DNA from: Oikopleura dioica
Taxonomy: Eukaryota; Animalia; Chordata
DNA length: 64,000 bases
Reading direction: 5' to 3'
Assembly: GCA_907165135.1 (NCBI GenBank)
Contig: OU015568.1
Coordinates: 10,044,001 to 10,108,000, forward strand
This document shows, piece by piece, positions 12,201 to 24,659 of the stretch. Position numbers and translations under genes: made by a program. Positions within the stretch are counted from its first letter, which is position 1; each line of letters opens with the position of its first letter. The notes under the pieces were generated by a model. The model was not told where the DNA came from and did not search any database. It was given only the letters and a program-made list of their open reading frames with translations.

Positions 12201-15200
12201 AATTATAAATGATTAATTATTAATGACATGAAATCATCGGATTATTTTGTTGTGTAAAATAAACACTAGAAATAGAAAACGTTTGTAGGCTAATAACAAT
12301 TTGGTCAATTGTCAATTCAGCCGGAGAACTTTTGAAAGCAACTCAATTATTAAAAGACATGCTTTGAGTTTGAAGTTCATCTTTCAGATTTGCCCTGAAA
12401 AAGGATCAAACGGATAAAAACGTTCGTAACAAGTGCTTTTCTACAAAAAAAACGCAGAGAATTAGAAGTAACTAACGATAAAACTCAAGCTACTCGGTCA
12501 TCTTAATCCGCGATAATGAAAAAACGCAGGCTCAAGTTAAAATGAACTTCTTAACCAACTGGTTAAGAACTTTTTTTAATAATATCGAGAAGATTAGCGA
12601 ATTGATCAGTTGAAATTTTAGATGGCTGGGTAAAGAGCAGAACGTGGCCTGGTGAATGATGGCTAGAGTCGTACTTGAGGCGATCGGATCAATACAAGTT
12701 TGGAGGTTACAGCATTACAGCGGCTTTTAACCCGTCGGCGCGCTGAACGCCGAAACCTTCTTGCGCAAGCCGCGCCGCTTCATCCCCAGCTCATCCTCTT
12801 CGACCTTTTGCGCGAAAAATAAAATTATGAAAAGTTGAAAATTACGAAAATTGAAGGAACGCGAAAACATCTGCGAAAAGAGCTCCGGAAGAAAAAAAGA
12901 AGGCATTTTAATTGCGTAAAGGAACGTTTTGTCTCCAGCCGCAATGTAATACGATTTTCGACCAAGCACCGTAAAAGACACTTTTTGCAAGAAAAAAAAT
13001 GAAGGTGAAAAAAAAAGATAAGCCGCTTCTCGGAGAAGAAAAAACATTCTAAGATTCAGAAATTCTAACACGAAAATTTTCCCCATATTCATTTAGTTCG
13101 AGGATATAGAAAAACCCTGCTATATTTGGGACTTTGTAAAGAAAACGAACAAAGATCAGCTTTTGCCGACAAAAATTAAGGGTGTCACACAGCTAAATCA
13201 ATGATAAAAGTCGTCTTGAAGATCCATGATTTCGATGAACTTTCCTTTCTTTCCAAAGTTTTTAAGCTACAGGCGGGTTTGTTTCTAAGTCCTCTCCCCA
13301 GTCCGTATTCTGAGAATACAGTATTTCATCTACGTGTGGGTTGTTTCTCAGAGGCGAAATTCAATCTCAAGCCTTACTTATCTCGATATCTAAAAGGGTT
13401 TAAAAGCGAAAACATGAGATGCTGCGATTCTCCACTGACAATTTTGAATTGTGGTTCTTTTTTTGTTGTTTTCTAACGGTGTTCTTTTGACTTGTTTTAG
13501 TCTAAAAATTGGCGTTGAAATGAGGATTAACGTCTTGTAGTGTAAAAATATTTTCCCGTGGCCACCTTGTTGGACAAGTATATATTATCATAATTTCGAG
13601 AAATGATAAGCCAAGAACGTGATAAATAAAATTGCCGTTTAGTAAGATGAAATTATGTCACCAGTTTGGAAATTTTGCAACTTGCAAGTTCCACCTCTAA
13701 AACGACCTTGAAGCAAGTTTCAACTTTCATTTCTTGAAAGTGAAAAATGAGAAAATTCATTTGATAGAATTTAAAAAAATGAATCGGTGTTTTGCTAAGA
13801 AACTGTTGAAAACAAAATTCTAGCTCAACCAAAACCAACCACGGAGGAGAAAAAACCATCGAGCACTGGGGACACGCAGTGACTGCACAAAAATAATTGT
13901 TTTGATGATCCAGTGGTCGATTTTGGTCATTTTTAGATAAATTGTTTGCTCAAGGTCTTCTGAGAGGATCATCTCCATTTTCGAAGCAAATAGCTTTTTC
14001 GACTCTTACTAACCGCGAAATCCTTAGTTTGTAATAAACTTTCAGTTTTACGTGTATTGCAGACTCGATTTTTTATTACGTCTTGATGAAAAGATCTCGA
14101 AAAGTTTTAGAAAAAAATTTCAATGGCTTTGATCCACCAATTCTTAAACGACGAAGATCCAGGGCAAGATTTCACTTGAACAGGTTATTTACAGAAAACG
14201 GCCTTTTATGATAAGCGCGTTTCGAAAAAGCTCCTAACCCAGTGGCGAATCTTTAATCTCAGCGTTTTCGCTTTTGATAACTCTGAACCTTTTTAAACGC
14301 GTCTAATACTATGTGATCGAAAACGTGAGATAAGGCGGTCTTATTCAAGAAAGACTTTTTACAGTGAAATTTCATTCAGCAACTCAATTTTTACAGTTAA
14401 GTTTAAAAGCACGGAAAATCAAATGGAAGAATTTTTCTTCAGAAAAATAAAGTGATATGTTTATTTTTAACCGAAAAATCAGCTATTTTTCTTCAGAATC
14501 TTGCAGTCCGAAAATTGCGCTTATTCGCGAGAGTAAGCATAATAGCTATTTTCTCGGGCGCATGTCCTGTGTCTTTCAACGTTAGACGAGAGATATTCTT
14601 TTACAAAATTTTGAGTGAACCTAATTATACCCACCCCTCAATTTGTCAAACAGAGAGGGGCACTTTTCGATCTACGAAAAAAGACGGACAAAACTGGATT
14701 GGAAACAGACCAGTGCTTCTAAAAGAGAGACGATATCGCATTTCTAAATACGATTCTTTTGTAAAAGTGGTTCTTTCAGATTTTCCCAAAAAAGTTCTGA
14801 AATAAGTACCCTATTTGATATCAACAAAGAAATGTGTCTTTTTAAGGCTTGGTTAGTAAGAAAATATGCCTTGGAAAATGAATTGTCTTCAGAAAACTCG
14901 AAAAATGATTACATCAAAAATTTCGAAAATTCAATAATTGATGGCTCTCGAGCTGAGTCCGTCAAGCTCGTCAGCTCGTCTTAGATTGATCAAAGATTTT
15001 CCGCATAAAACTAAGTTAAATTATTATAAAAGAGGCTTTCCGAAAGAAGATATTTTCGCGTTCCAAGAGTTATGGGAAAATAAGTTGTGGCAAAACAAGG
15101 TGTTAAAATAAGGGGTTTTAGAAATATTAATTTGAGTTCAGATTTTAACTTTATTAGCTAAACCCTGATCAGTATTTTGTGTAAACCGCTGTAATATCAA

Positions 15201-16386
15201 ACAATTAGCTTTTTCGTAGCAAGAGAGCTTTCTCATTATAATTAATATTATGAGTATCTTTTTAGACTTTTAATGCTGTTTATGGGTAAACATGATTTTT
15301 AAAAAATTGTAGAAAATTTTTTGATTGAAATATTTGATGAAAAAGGGTCAAAAAAGCCCCATTTTCCTATCTTTTTCGATTTTTGAAAATTCAAAAAATA
15401 TACCTTTTTCTCTATACAAATAAAAACACGCTTTATAACTGCATTCACGGATTCTTCGTATCTTCGTAAATAAATCTCTATATCAAGTTAAAAAAAATTA
15501 TCAATTTTCCAATTTCAGATTCTCAGCAGATCCAATCTTCAGCAGAGTCACCCATTGCGCGCCTGCGACTCGCGAGCGCCTCCTGAAAGAGCGCGATTTT
15601 CGCGGCGCTGTTTGAGAAACGCGCGGAAAGCGAAAAGCGCGGCTAAGATCGCGAGCGCTCTTGTAACCGTGCGATATTTGCACTGGTGATTTCTGTGAAC
15701 TGCCAAGTTTATGAGAAATAACTTCTTTGGAAATTTCATTTCGGGCTTTTTGAAAAAGTCAAATGTATGAGTAAGCGATCTTTATTTATTATACCTTCTT
15801 TTTCGAAGAAAAACGATCCAAAAAAGCGAAGAAATGAGAACTTGAAATGTAAATATACAAGAAACAAGCAGTTTACTTCGATAAAATCCATGCGTAAGTA
15901 ATAATCTTCCGTCAAGCTCACGTTTATTCAGACGTTTTTTATCATCTACTAAGTGCTGATAAGACCAATGCAAAGTCGGTTGATCGCCCTTCCGTTATCT
16001 CAAGTGCACTAACTGTCTTTGTAGACTGTAACTAGTGCCGTCAAAATCAACGAAAAATAAGCGGTTAAGGTTCATTATCCCCAAAAACTTGACTTGCGCG
16101 ATATGTTCTTCTTTTCCAAACGAATAAAACATCACTACTATATTCACCCTTCCGGATCCATGCTTTTAACTAGAATCGATCCAACGTGTGCCCCAGAGAT
16201 TCTACTAATTGGCGACTTGTCTACTGAATTTTGCGCGCCGTGTTCCACGCGGATGCAAATTTTCAAGTCAGAACAAGCTCAACGCTAAAACAAAATGAAA
16301 CAAAAACTGAATAGTTAAAGAGCTTCTTTCAAACATGAGTGTATACATAGACAGTGGTGTTTTTATTCATGCAAGCAGCTTTTTCG

Positions 16387-17081
16387 TTAATAAAGTCGGA
16401 GAATACAGCCTTCGTTCATGTCTTTGTTGCATTTTGGACTTGATCGGGATTTTTTAAATTGTTTCGAGGAAATTTCTTTATTCTAGCTTAGGGTTAGGGT
16501 TAGTCGAAATCCCTAGCAGGCGCGATTAGGAGATTCGGAAATTCTTAATAAGCATGACTCCCCAAACTGATGCCCACACACAGTAAGAACACATTTCCAG
16601 TGCTCCCTCTCATCGTACTGTTCGTAACAAACTGAGCAGGTCTTCTCGTCATCTCTTCTTTCCTCTTCTTCTTTCTCCTTCTTTTCTTTCTCCGTCTTTC
16701 TGGCCATGTCGTACAATTCTTCTAAATCTTTCAATTCAGCTTTTAGTTCGTTCAGTTTTTGCTCGCTCTTTTGAAGGCCTTTCCTGTTTCTCTTTAGAAG
16801 GTTAATATAATTGATGATCTTGAAAACTATTTCCGCGCAAGAATTTTATAAAATACCTTCTTTCCTCAATATCCTCTTTTAGCGTCGCCGCCTCTTTCTT
16901 CAAAGTACCCACTGGATAGCCAATTTCCGGGAAATCACCACAAAGAGCGATTTTTCCAAGTTTTTCTCAAGCTCTTTTTCCGAAAGCGTCAAAAGGAGGA
17001 CTTGAAGAGCACGAGTTTTTGCTCTTTTTCAATTTCATTTCGAACTTTTGTCTTTTCAGCGTCGATTTCTCGCGGATTCAT
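16387..17081 (-). CDS. Coiled-coil + RFWD3-type RING finger E3 ligase-like gene (two frameshifts; pseudogene or assembly errors)
   Basis: CSVCYEQY...CGHQFGESC...RAC|PKCNKDMNEGCILRLY* matches the RFWD3-like RING with G in place of the fifth ligand (CGHxFGxxC). ATG at 17081 (MNPREIDAEKTKV). The frame is restored only by adding one A in each of two A5 runs. The last intron (16439-16516) has an apparent CT donor. Confidence 0.75.
16488..16503 (+). repeat. Short interstitial telomeric repeat (TTAGGG)2TTAG
   Basis: Directly visible. Lies inside the RING-gene intron between two copies of CTAGC (16483-16487 and 16513-16517). Confidence 0.6.
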
Positions 17082-18469
17082 CGCTTTCAGATTCAGATTC
17101 GATTAATTTTCGGAAGATAAATATTATGCACCACGTAATGTTGAATATCCAACTTGGCAAATAATGACGCGCCCTAAACATTAGTTTTTTGCAATAAGTG
17201 AAAAATTCTGAGATTCTCAAAATTACTCAGTCGAAAAGGAGAATTGAAGCAGTTCTAATGGCAAAGTCTTACAGACATTGATCCTGTCCGGCGAATAGCG
17301 AGTGTCAGCTCAATTTCAGGTTTTTGTAATTCAAAGCCGAAAACATTGAAATCATCAAATCGAGGAACAGAATTTCACTCATCTTTCATTTTCCGAAGCA
17401 CCATCTAAAACTGGATCAAGTCTCATTCGGATACTGGAGCACTGGATACATTGAGGCGTAGTCTATTTAGCAAGCGGAAACGCGGATCGCTCAACCAGCC
17501 GAAAATTTATCCACCCTTGTCGAACGACTGCCTGGAATCAACATCATCCCTTTTACAAACTTCATTCGGCCCCTGTTTTAAAAATACATGAAAAGTTTTT
17601 TTATTGAAATCCAAAATTGCTCAATTTCTTAATTAAAATCTCTGATGAGGCTTTTATCTTTCATTTTAAGCCACTTATTCCGTCTTAAATCATTTCATTA
17701 AAACTTGCAGCTAAAATTGAGATAACGCGGCTTATCCAGCTTGAATGATCCCCTGGAAGCAAGGAATTACGAAAACGGCAATTTCCAGCTCAGTCAAAAT
17801 TTTACCAGTTCAATGGAACGTTTGTGTGACTTTTAAAAACAATCTAAGGAGGATCTTGGTTCCTGAGCGGAGGAGGCCGCCGAAGCCAATCGCCCGCAAA
17901 ATTGTTATTCTGGGGAGATTTCTGCGGCGCAAATACGGCACATAATCAGCTTTCAAACAGAGTGCGAGTGAAGATTTCTATTCAAATTATCACGTTCTCT
18001 CTCTTGCTGCTCTTTTCAAGAGCGATTTTCTCGCAAACTTGTAAAATAAGATAAATAACGGGCTTTGTAAAAATTCTACAGAAGTTGATAAAATCGTTGG
18101 TAAATGAATTCTCCCTTAGACGGGCTTCTCCAAAAGCAGGTTGTGAAAACATGTGTATTCTCCACGTCTTTACATTCGGGCGGTTCCCTTCAAAAAATTC
18201 CTCCCTCCTTGAACGGATTAAAATCTTTTCACATTTGCGGCAATCGGGGAACTGCTTGGGAGCCTAGTCTTACCGAATCTCTTCCTCCGAATTTTACAGC
18301 TTGTCAACTTTTCAAGCCGCGAGTGTCGAAATTCAACCCCCTTTTGGTCGCCCTGCTTTCTAGCGACTAATAAACTAGTCGTCTTTATGGAACTCTGCCG
18401 ATTATCCAGCGGATAAAAATGACCCAGAATTCTTTCATTCAAGTTCGAGGAGTTATTTAAATAATGATA

Positions 18470-19170
18470 ATCACGTTATGTACTTTTCACAATACCCAGA
18501 ATCGGCGTCTATTTTTATCTTTTCTCGTTTATACTCGAGATAATTTCGCACTTATACGGCGGTCAGTTCGGCACTCAATGCATTAGACAAAGCTACGTTT
18601 CTTCCAAAATTCGCAGTTCAAATAGTTGTTACTCATATTTTCGTCGATTACGACCTCAAGTCAATTTGCCAGTAATGCAAAAATCTCGCTGGAGATGTCG
18701 ATGTGCGAATCGCTAGAATTGTCCAGAAACCTCAGGGATTCAAAGGAGAATTCTCATGAAGAAGTTCGTCCAAATAACAAGCCTTTTTTGAGTCGTCTCG
18801 GTCGAATATCTCAGCATCAGAAACAGTCTCTTTCATGTGAGATAAGCTGGCGTAAAAATTCGCGTTCTAGAGTGTCGTGAACGTGAGGTTCTCCCTATCA
18901 GTGGTTGATATCGAAATGTTATCTGTGTTTTTGACCTACAACTAGTAAGTTGCCAAGGTAATAAGAGTTGCTGCCGAAAATAAAGCTGACCTGGGGAATG
19001 AAATTTCTGCGGTCCAGATTTGTTTCATACGGTATTGCGCCGCTTACGCCGGTTCTGAGAGGCTTTGTAATGTGATCAACAATTTACGTGTTTTATGTAG
19101 ATCATCTCCACGGGCTTGGCTCACTGACGCTAGAAACCTGAGCGAAACATCTATCCAAGTTGTTCTGACG
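18470..19170 (+). mobile_element. Degenerate Ty3/gypsy-type LTR retrotransposon pol relic (RNase H tail and integrase)
   Basis: Broken frames give RIARIVQKPQGFKGEFS...VRPNNKPFLSR (cf. RWARW..LQ.F...Y.PG..N..AD.LSR), LPISG*YRNVICVFD, and KADLGNEIS...AAYAGSERLCNVINNLR (cf. integrase I.SD.G.EF and Y.P.SNG..ER.N..I...LR), in the correct order. Many stops and deletions; no LTRs identified. Confidence 0.5.
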
Positions 19171-21649
19171 AAGACACAACCCTTGCTCAATATCCCTGTT
19201 GAGTAATAATAAACTGTTTATAAAATATATAAAGAGTTTTGGCTGAAAATCGAGTTAGTTTCGAAAAATTCGCAATCAGTAAAATTTTCTGCGTAAGGAA
19301 AAGACATTTAGGCAAGCAGAAGTAAGGGTTACAATCCTGAGACTCCGAGAGATTTCGGTATATCAAAACTAAACGATGATGATCCCGAGATAACAGCCAT
19401 GTTGACAATAGTCGCTGGAAGAAAGCTACAGTCTCTCTATCAAATCTCGTCGTAAGGGCTCTTGGGGTCGTACTGTTTGTTGTGATATTCGTAAATTTAT
19501 GTATGAGTACACGCGTTTTGGCCATTATTTTCCATATCGCTTGTATGCAAATTTCAACGTTTTCCAGAAACCCGCCGAGTGGTATTTTTGGTATTTGCAT
19601 TCCTGGTGAACTGGTAAATTTATTTATAGCGGAAAGAATTCTGAACATGACCTAGAAACGAGACCATTTCGATTAATTTGAGCATGATTTTTAGAGTCTG
19701 CTGCATTGAGAGTCTGCTCGCTCATGAAATTTTGAACTTGATGGAGCAGCTTCTTTTCCTGATCGAAACGGATTGAATGGCGGCATTCGCAGACATGATG
19801 CAATGAGACAGTGCTCGATCAAAGTACTCGTTCGAACGTTACACGTACCTTTGCATCTCGCAGAGGCGAATAATGCACCTTCATAAAGAAAAAAGTAGCT
19901 GTTTCTCTATTTTGGCTGTGTGAATTAGTATGCTAAGTATTTGCTAATGGAAGAGAACTTTTACAGTATTTTGCAAAACCCGGAATCTCTTACCCAAATC
20001 TCGACCTTGATATTATTTATAAAAGTGTTTGTTTCTGGGTAAAACTAAAAATGAACATTGACAAGTCAACCCTTAGAGTGTCAAATTAAACCCGCAGAGT
20101 TTTGTGAATTTGTCAGACTCAAGAATTGTGGGCGGCTTTGTATGAAATAGGCCCTCGAAATGCGGCGCTGATGAAGAAATTCTGTAATCCAGAGATCTTC
20201 TCATTTTTAGAAAATTTCTCGGGCCTGGGAATCGCACCCTACTGGATTACCCGAGTCGAACTTTTTAGTACTTTTCGTCTTGCTCTTTGGTTTTTTAAAG
20301 TACCTGGAGACTTGCCAATTACCTCAAATTATGATAGCACAGGGCCGTATAAACCATTAGCACCGAGATATGAAGACCTTGCGTGGAGAACTTGGGTTGC
20401 TAATTCTATCCTTTTTCTACTATTAGAAAAGCATGTGAGCGTTAATGGAATCATTTAATATTAATTTGAGCAATTATTTATGAGTAATTATCACAATTAA
20501 TTATGTAGTAAATAATTGCCTACAGGTGAGGGAAGACGACTGGTTCTCAATAGACACGTTCTTTTAATTGAATTTGCTTGCTAAATTGCCCAAGATATTT
20601 CCAAATAAACTATGTTCACCAATTAGTAGCATGTTGGGAGAGAGAGAGAGCGCGCGAGATGTAACCAACGTACATCCGCAGTAAAAGCCACATTTCCAAT
20701 TTGATAAGCCGCATGTTCAGATTTCTGTAATGAGAAAATATTTCACCTAGAGGTAACTAACATAACAAATTTCATATGCAATTGACTCGATTAGTAGCAA
20801 CTTACCTTGAAATTGGGTTCTGAAGTAGACTGAGCAGATGACGATGTAATTTGAATTTGTGCTGAAAGGAAATTTTATAATTCAAAGCAACTCGCTGTAG
20901 TTCTCCAAAAACCACGGTACGGGAAGAGCAGCCAGCTAAATGAGCTGGAACGAATTTCGACCCCACAAAAGCTGATTAGAAAACAACTCATAAAGTAACT
21001 TATTCTTCGCCGCAAGTTCCGTGGGGCTGCATAGCTATGTAAGAAAATGATATGCGTAAAACATGATACAGAAGAGTTGTTCCTTTCTTTGTACAAATTT
21101 GCATCCAAGACAAAAACGCTAATCTTTATTTTCTTCCACAAATGCGGAAATCGCCAAGATTCAAAAACACGGCCGTGAACATGGGAAAAAATGACTTTCA
21201 CGTTTAGCTCTGGTACTCGAGCCATGGCTTTTTCAGAACTTGTACGAAAGAACCGCAACTGGAATGCATTCCTTGCTGGTGATTCGTCTTTCTATGTGCG
21301 GATGAAAATTCCAAGTGAATATATCTTTTAAAGCTTTTATTGGGTACCAATGAGAAATAGAAGGGGCCCGATGAATTCTTGTAGGAGAAATTTTAAAAGC
21401 ATGCACCAACAAACAATCAAACAAACATACAAATAAACAAAGAGGTTGATTTAATGTTTCCGCTCCACTTAGACTTTTCACGCTGATTAGACTGGAAAGT
21501 CGGTCAGTGAAGAAGGACCCTTCCGGTACTTTTGTAGGCGCTAAGTCTCAAATTCTAGGAGTCGTAGCAAACCGAGGTATAAATATCTCGCAGTTTTCCT
21601 AGAATATCAATAACACGAGAAAAGAAACAGATAGCTAAAGATCAGAGAA

Positions 21650-22350
21650 ATGGCAAACTCTAGGTACCAAAGATTACTTGTGAAGGATTTTCATTCTTTA
21701 TTAAAAGAACCATCTGAATTCGTAAGTTTATATCTGAGAACGGATAAAATCAAGAACATTAAGTTTACGCTGCGTCCTATCAATGACAATTTTTACCATT
21801 TCACCGCAACAATCCATGGCCTAGAGGGATCCCTGTATGAGGTAAATTTTCCATCGGCTTATTAAAACAACATAAAGTAATTCTAAATACTTATAGGGAG
21901 GTCATTTCTTGCTCGATATCAAGGTCAACAAAGACTATCCATTTGACTGTGTAAAAATGACGTTTTTGACGCCAATATTACACCCTGGGATCGATAGTGC
22001 AGGGAATATTTGCCCAAGTACGATTAATGATGGTGAACCGTGCATGAGGCTGGAAAAAAAGCTTCACCTACTTGTATCTACTCTATACGATCCCAAGGGC
22101 CTGCTATGGAGAGAACGTAACGCGAAAATCGGTTTGTTATTTATATCGACTTGTTTCGCATCTGAAATTTTTAAGTCGCCATGTTTGTGTCTGACCGTGA
22201 AAGATTTAACCAAAAAGCCCGAGAATACACCCGACTTCATGCCACACAATCAAAGCATGCTGAACTTTACAGTAAGATTTAACCTCTTAGAGAGAGTTTT
22301 ACGATTTTTTAGCCAAACAATATGCCGAAAATTCGATGAACAGCAGCTAA
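21650..22350 (+). CDS. Divergent ubiquitin-conjugating enzyme E2 (UBE2D/E-like fold)
   Basis: Exons 21650-21841, 21897-22131, 22176-22271 and 22313-22350, all GT-AG. Motifs GLEGSLYEGGHFLLDIKVNKDYPF, TFLTPILHPGIDSAGNIC (catalytic Cys) and DRERFNQKAREYTRLHA. Confidence 0.88.
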
Positions 22351-22594
22351 TCCCTTTCCCTTCTATCGAAAAAATCACCTTTCGCAACGAACATTCCTCC
22401 TTTTACCACTCTTTTCCACAGCAGAATCTGTTAACTTTACCAACTTTGTATCAGATTGTTACGAGTAGTACCGTTCTACTCCCATTAAAAAATGATGATG
22501 ATTCCTTTTTGATTAACAAATAAAAGCGAAATGCATTTTTCTAGAACTGCCATATTTATTGCAGGAATTTATTTGCAAGTGTTCAGTTTTAAAA

Positions 22595-23907
22595 ATGGGC
22601 TACACCGAAGTGCACACGCTCGATCAGCGCATCAGAGATGCCCAGCTGATGCTAAAAAAGCTGAAAGAGTACCGTAACGCGGCGCGGAGATACACCACAC
22701 CAGCCGTTTCAAATAAATGCAGCAAATCTGTAAGCAAACCCTTCACTCACATAATTTTTGCGAAACTTGCAAGCTCTACAAAAACAGGGCAACCAGTTCA
22801 ACTTGGACATTTTTCCATGTTCTCCGCTGCTGTTTACCCGCAGCGAGTTGTTTTTCTTCCAATTCGTTTTTCGAAACTGCGTTTTTCCTCAGATACAGCA
22901 TCTTTCTGGATATGATTATAACTAGATTCATTTTAAAAGGTGCCAACACGTTAACTCGGAGAACTTTAGTGGACTCGATTTATTTTTTCATCATTGATTT
23001 TCAGAATAAGAAGGCTATTTCTGAGGCCAACCAGCAGATACAAATGCTTGAAAGACTCATTCGATCAGCTGAAAAGACTCCAGGAGAGGATTCAAAAAGT
23101 CTGTCGCATTTATCGCGTACATGGAAGTTTGAAAATCCGAAATAAAGTTCGTTTTGGCATGGCGAATTATACTGATCTCAGGAACGTTTTCGAGCTTGGA
23201 AAAAGCCCTTTTCCACTTGTCCCTTGATGGGGCAAATCGCAGCTTACTTCTACTCAGCCAGGCTCTTTTTCAAGCTCGTCTAAAAGAGCTCACAACGCGA
23301 AGAAAAAGCGCAACGCCAAGAACGCGCCAGATCCGTCCGCCGCTTTCTTCAACTTCAAGGGTGCCAAAACGCCAGAGGAAGGAGCCACTCTTGGGAATAG
23401 GCTCTTCGCTGCAGCAGCCAATGTTGGGGATGCTCTTAGCGATATGGTAGCGCGCGCCGCTGGACCACTGGCGGAGGAGCCTTTAGGAAATGGTTCAAAT
23501 TTATTTATTTTTCGCTTGCTAGAAATTTATTCCTCGTCTTTTTCGTTCACTCAATATTTACTCAGTTTTGGCAACATTCATGTCATATTTAGCGCGATTG
23601 CCTCTGAACCCTGTGGTTATCACGTAGCGTTGAAACTTTACCGCGACTTGTTTTTTATCTAGCCCTGGTGCTAGTGGAAATGTAAAATAGCACATGGCGG
23701 TTGGCGAAACGGTTCAAATGATTATTGAAAGTGCTCGTTTTGGGCGATAAGGGCGGACTAACTAGGGGGCGGATAAGGCGCGTAGAGTGAGTTTTTATCG
23801 CCAGGGAAGGTGAATAATTAGAACCTTTCTCTGCAGATGCCTCCGGAACAGAAGACGAAACAGTTGTCCTGTACCAGTCGGAAAGTGATCATCAGAATAA
23901 GGGTTGA
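22595..23907 (+). CDS. Orphan multi-exon gene (coiled-coil N-terminus); internal exon structure tentative
   Basis: Exon 1 MGYTEVHTLDQRIRDAQLMLKKLKEYR...KS|GTAAG. Further coding-like blocks: NKKAISEANQQIQMLERLIRSAEKTP, RFGMANYTDLRN, AHNAKKKRNAKNAPDPSAAFF...PLGN and DASGTEDETVVLYQSESDHQNKG*. They can be joined by one GA-AG and several GT-AG introns. No family recognised. Confidence 0.4.
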
Positions 23908-24659
23908 AAATGAAGAAGACAAGTTTCATAGAAAAGAAAGTAGAAACCAACGGTTTAAATGTCAAGTGACCTTAGAAGCCGCTTTCTGACTCACGTTGAT
24001 GTCAATTAATTACTCTTGACATGCAAGCTTAACCTTCTGTGATCGACGTGCTTAAAAAGGATATCAAGACGGATATTCATCAAATCTCCGGATATCTTTC
24101 CGGTCTCTTCATTTTCAACCCTGTGCTCAGACAGATGATGCTTCTCACGGTCCTCTGTATGGACAAAATAATTCAATAAATGGCAGTCCTCGCAGAACGA
24201 TTCTAAGGCGGGTATCTTGCGGTGAAGCCCTTATTAGTTTATACGAACCTAAGAAAGACACCCTTGAAAGACGCAGACCGAAGCTCAAGATCACCGAGAG
24301 CCGTCTCAAGCTTTTCTTCACGACGCTTCCTGAACGTATTCTCGCCTCTTACACCTTCGATATTCTTGTTGCCCTGGTGGCTTTCGTCGTTTTACTTAAA
24401 TTCGGTGCCTGCAAAATCGTACAATTCAAATTTCAAGATTATTGAACGAATAAATCTTTATGCTACACATCTACTGACAGAAGATAAGATAGGCGTTGAT
24501 TTACCTTCCGCTTTGGGAAAAATGCGCGAAACAGTCAATCGTCGATCTCTCTCAGAGTTTTTATTTCGAAAAATGTGCCATCCATAATTATGGTAATTTT
24601 AGAAAATAAATAATGAATTTTTGATTGAGTTTTTTTATGACAATAGATTTTTTAGTGAT

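Noticed and set aside
9240-16300. Scattered exon-like pieces (e.g. 9850-9901, 10033-10302, 10537-10770) and CGCG islands (12730-12790, 15555-15660)
   Set aside because: Frames are interrupted by stops and no gene model or family could be supported.
19187-21481. 100-150 aa ORFs at 19187, 20126, 20875 and 21233
   Set aside because: No recognisable domains, non-ATG starts or atypical composition, and no consistent exon chain could be built.
23225-23227. In-frame TGA between two coding-like blocks (selenocysteine or readthrough)
   Set aside because: A 57-nt GT-AG intron can remove it, there is no redox motif, and no SECIS was recognised.
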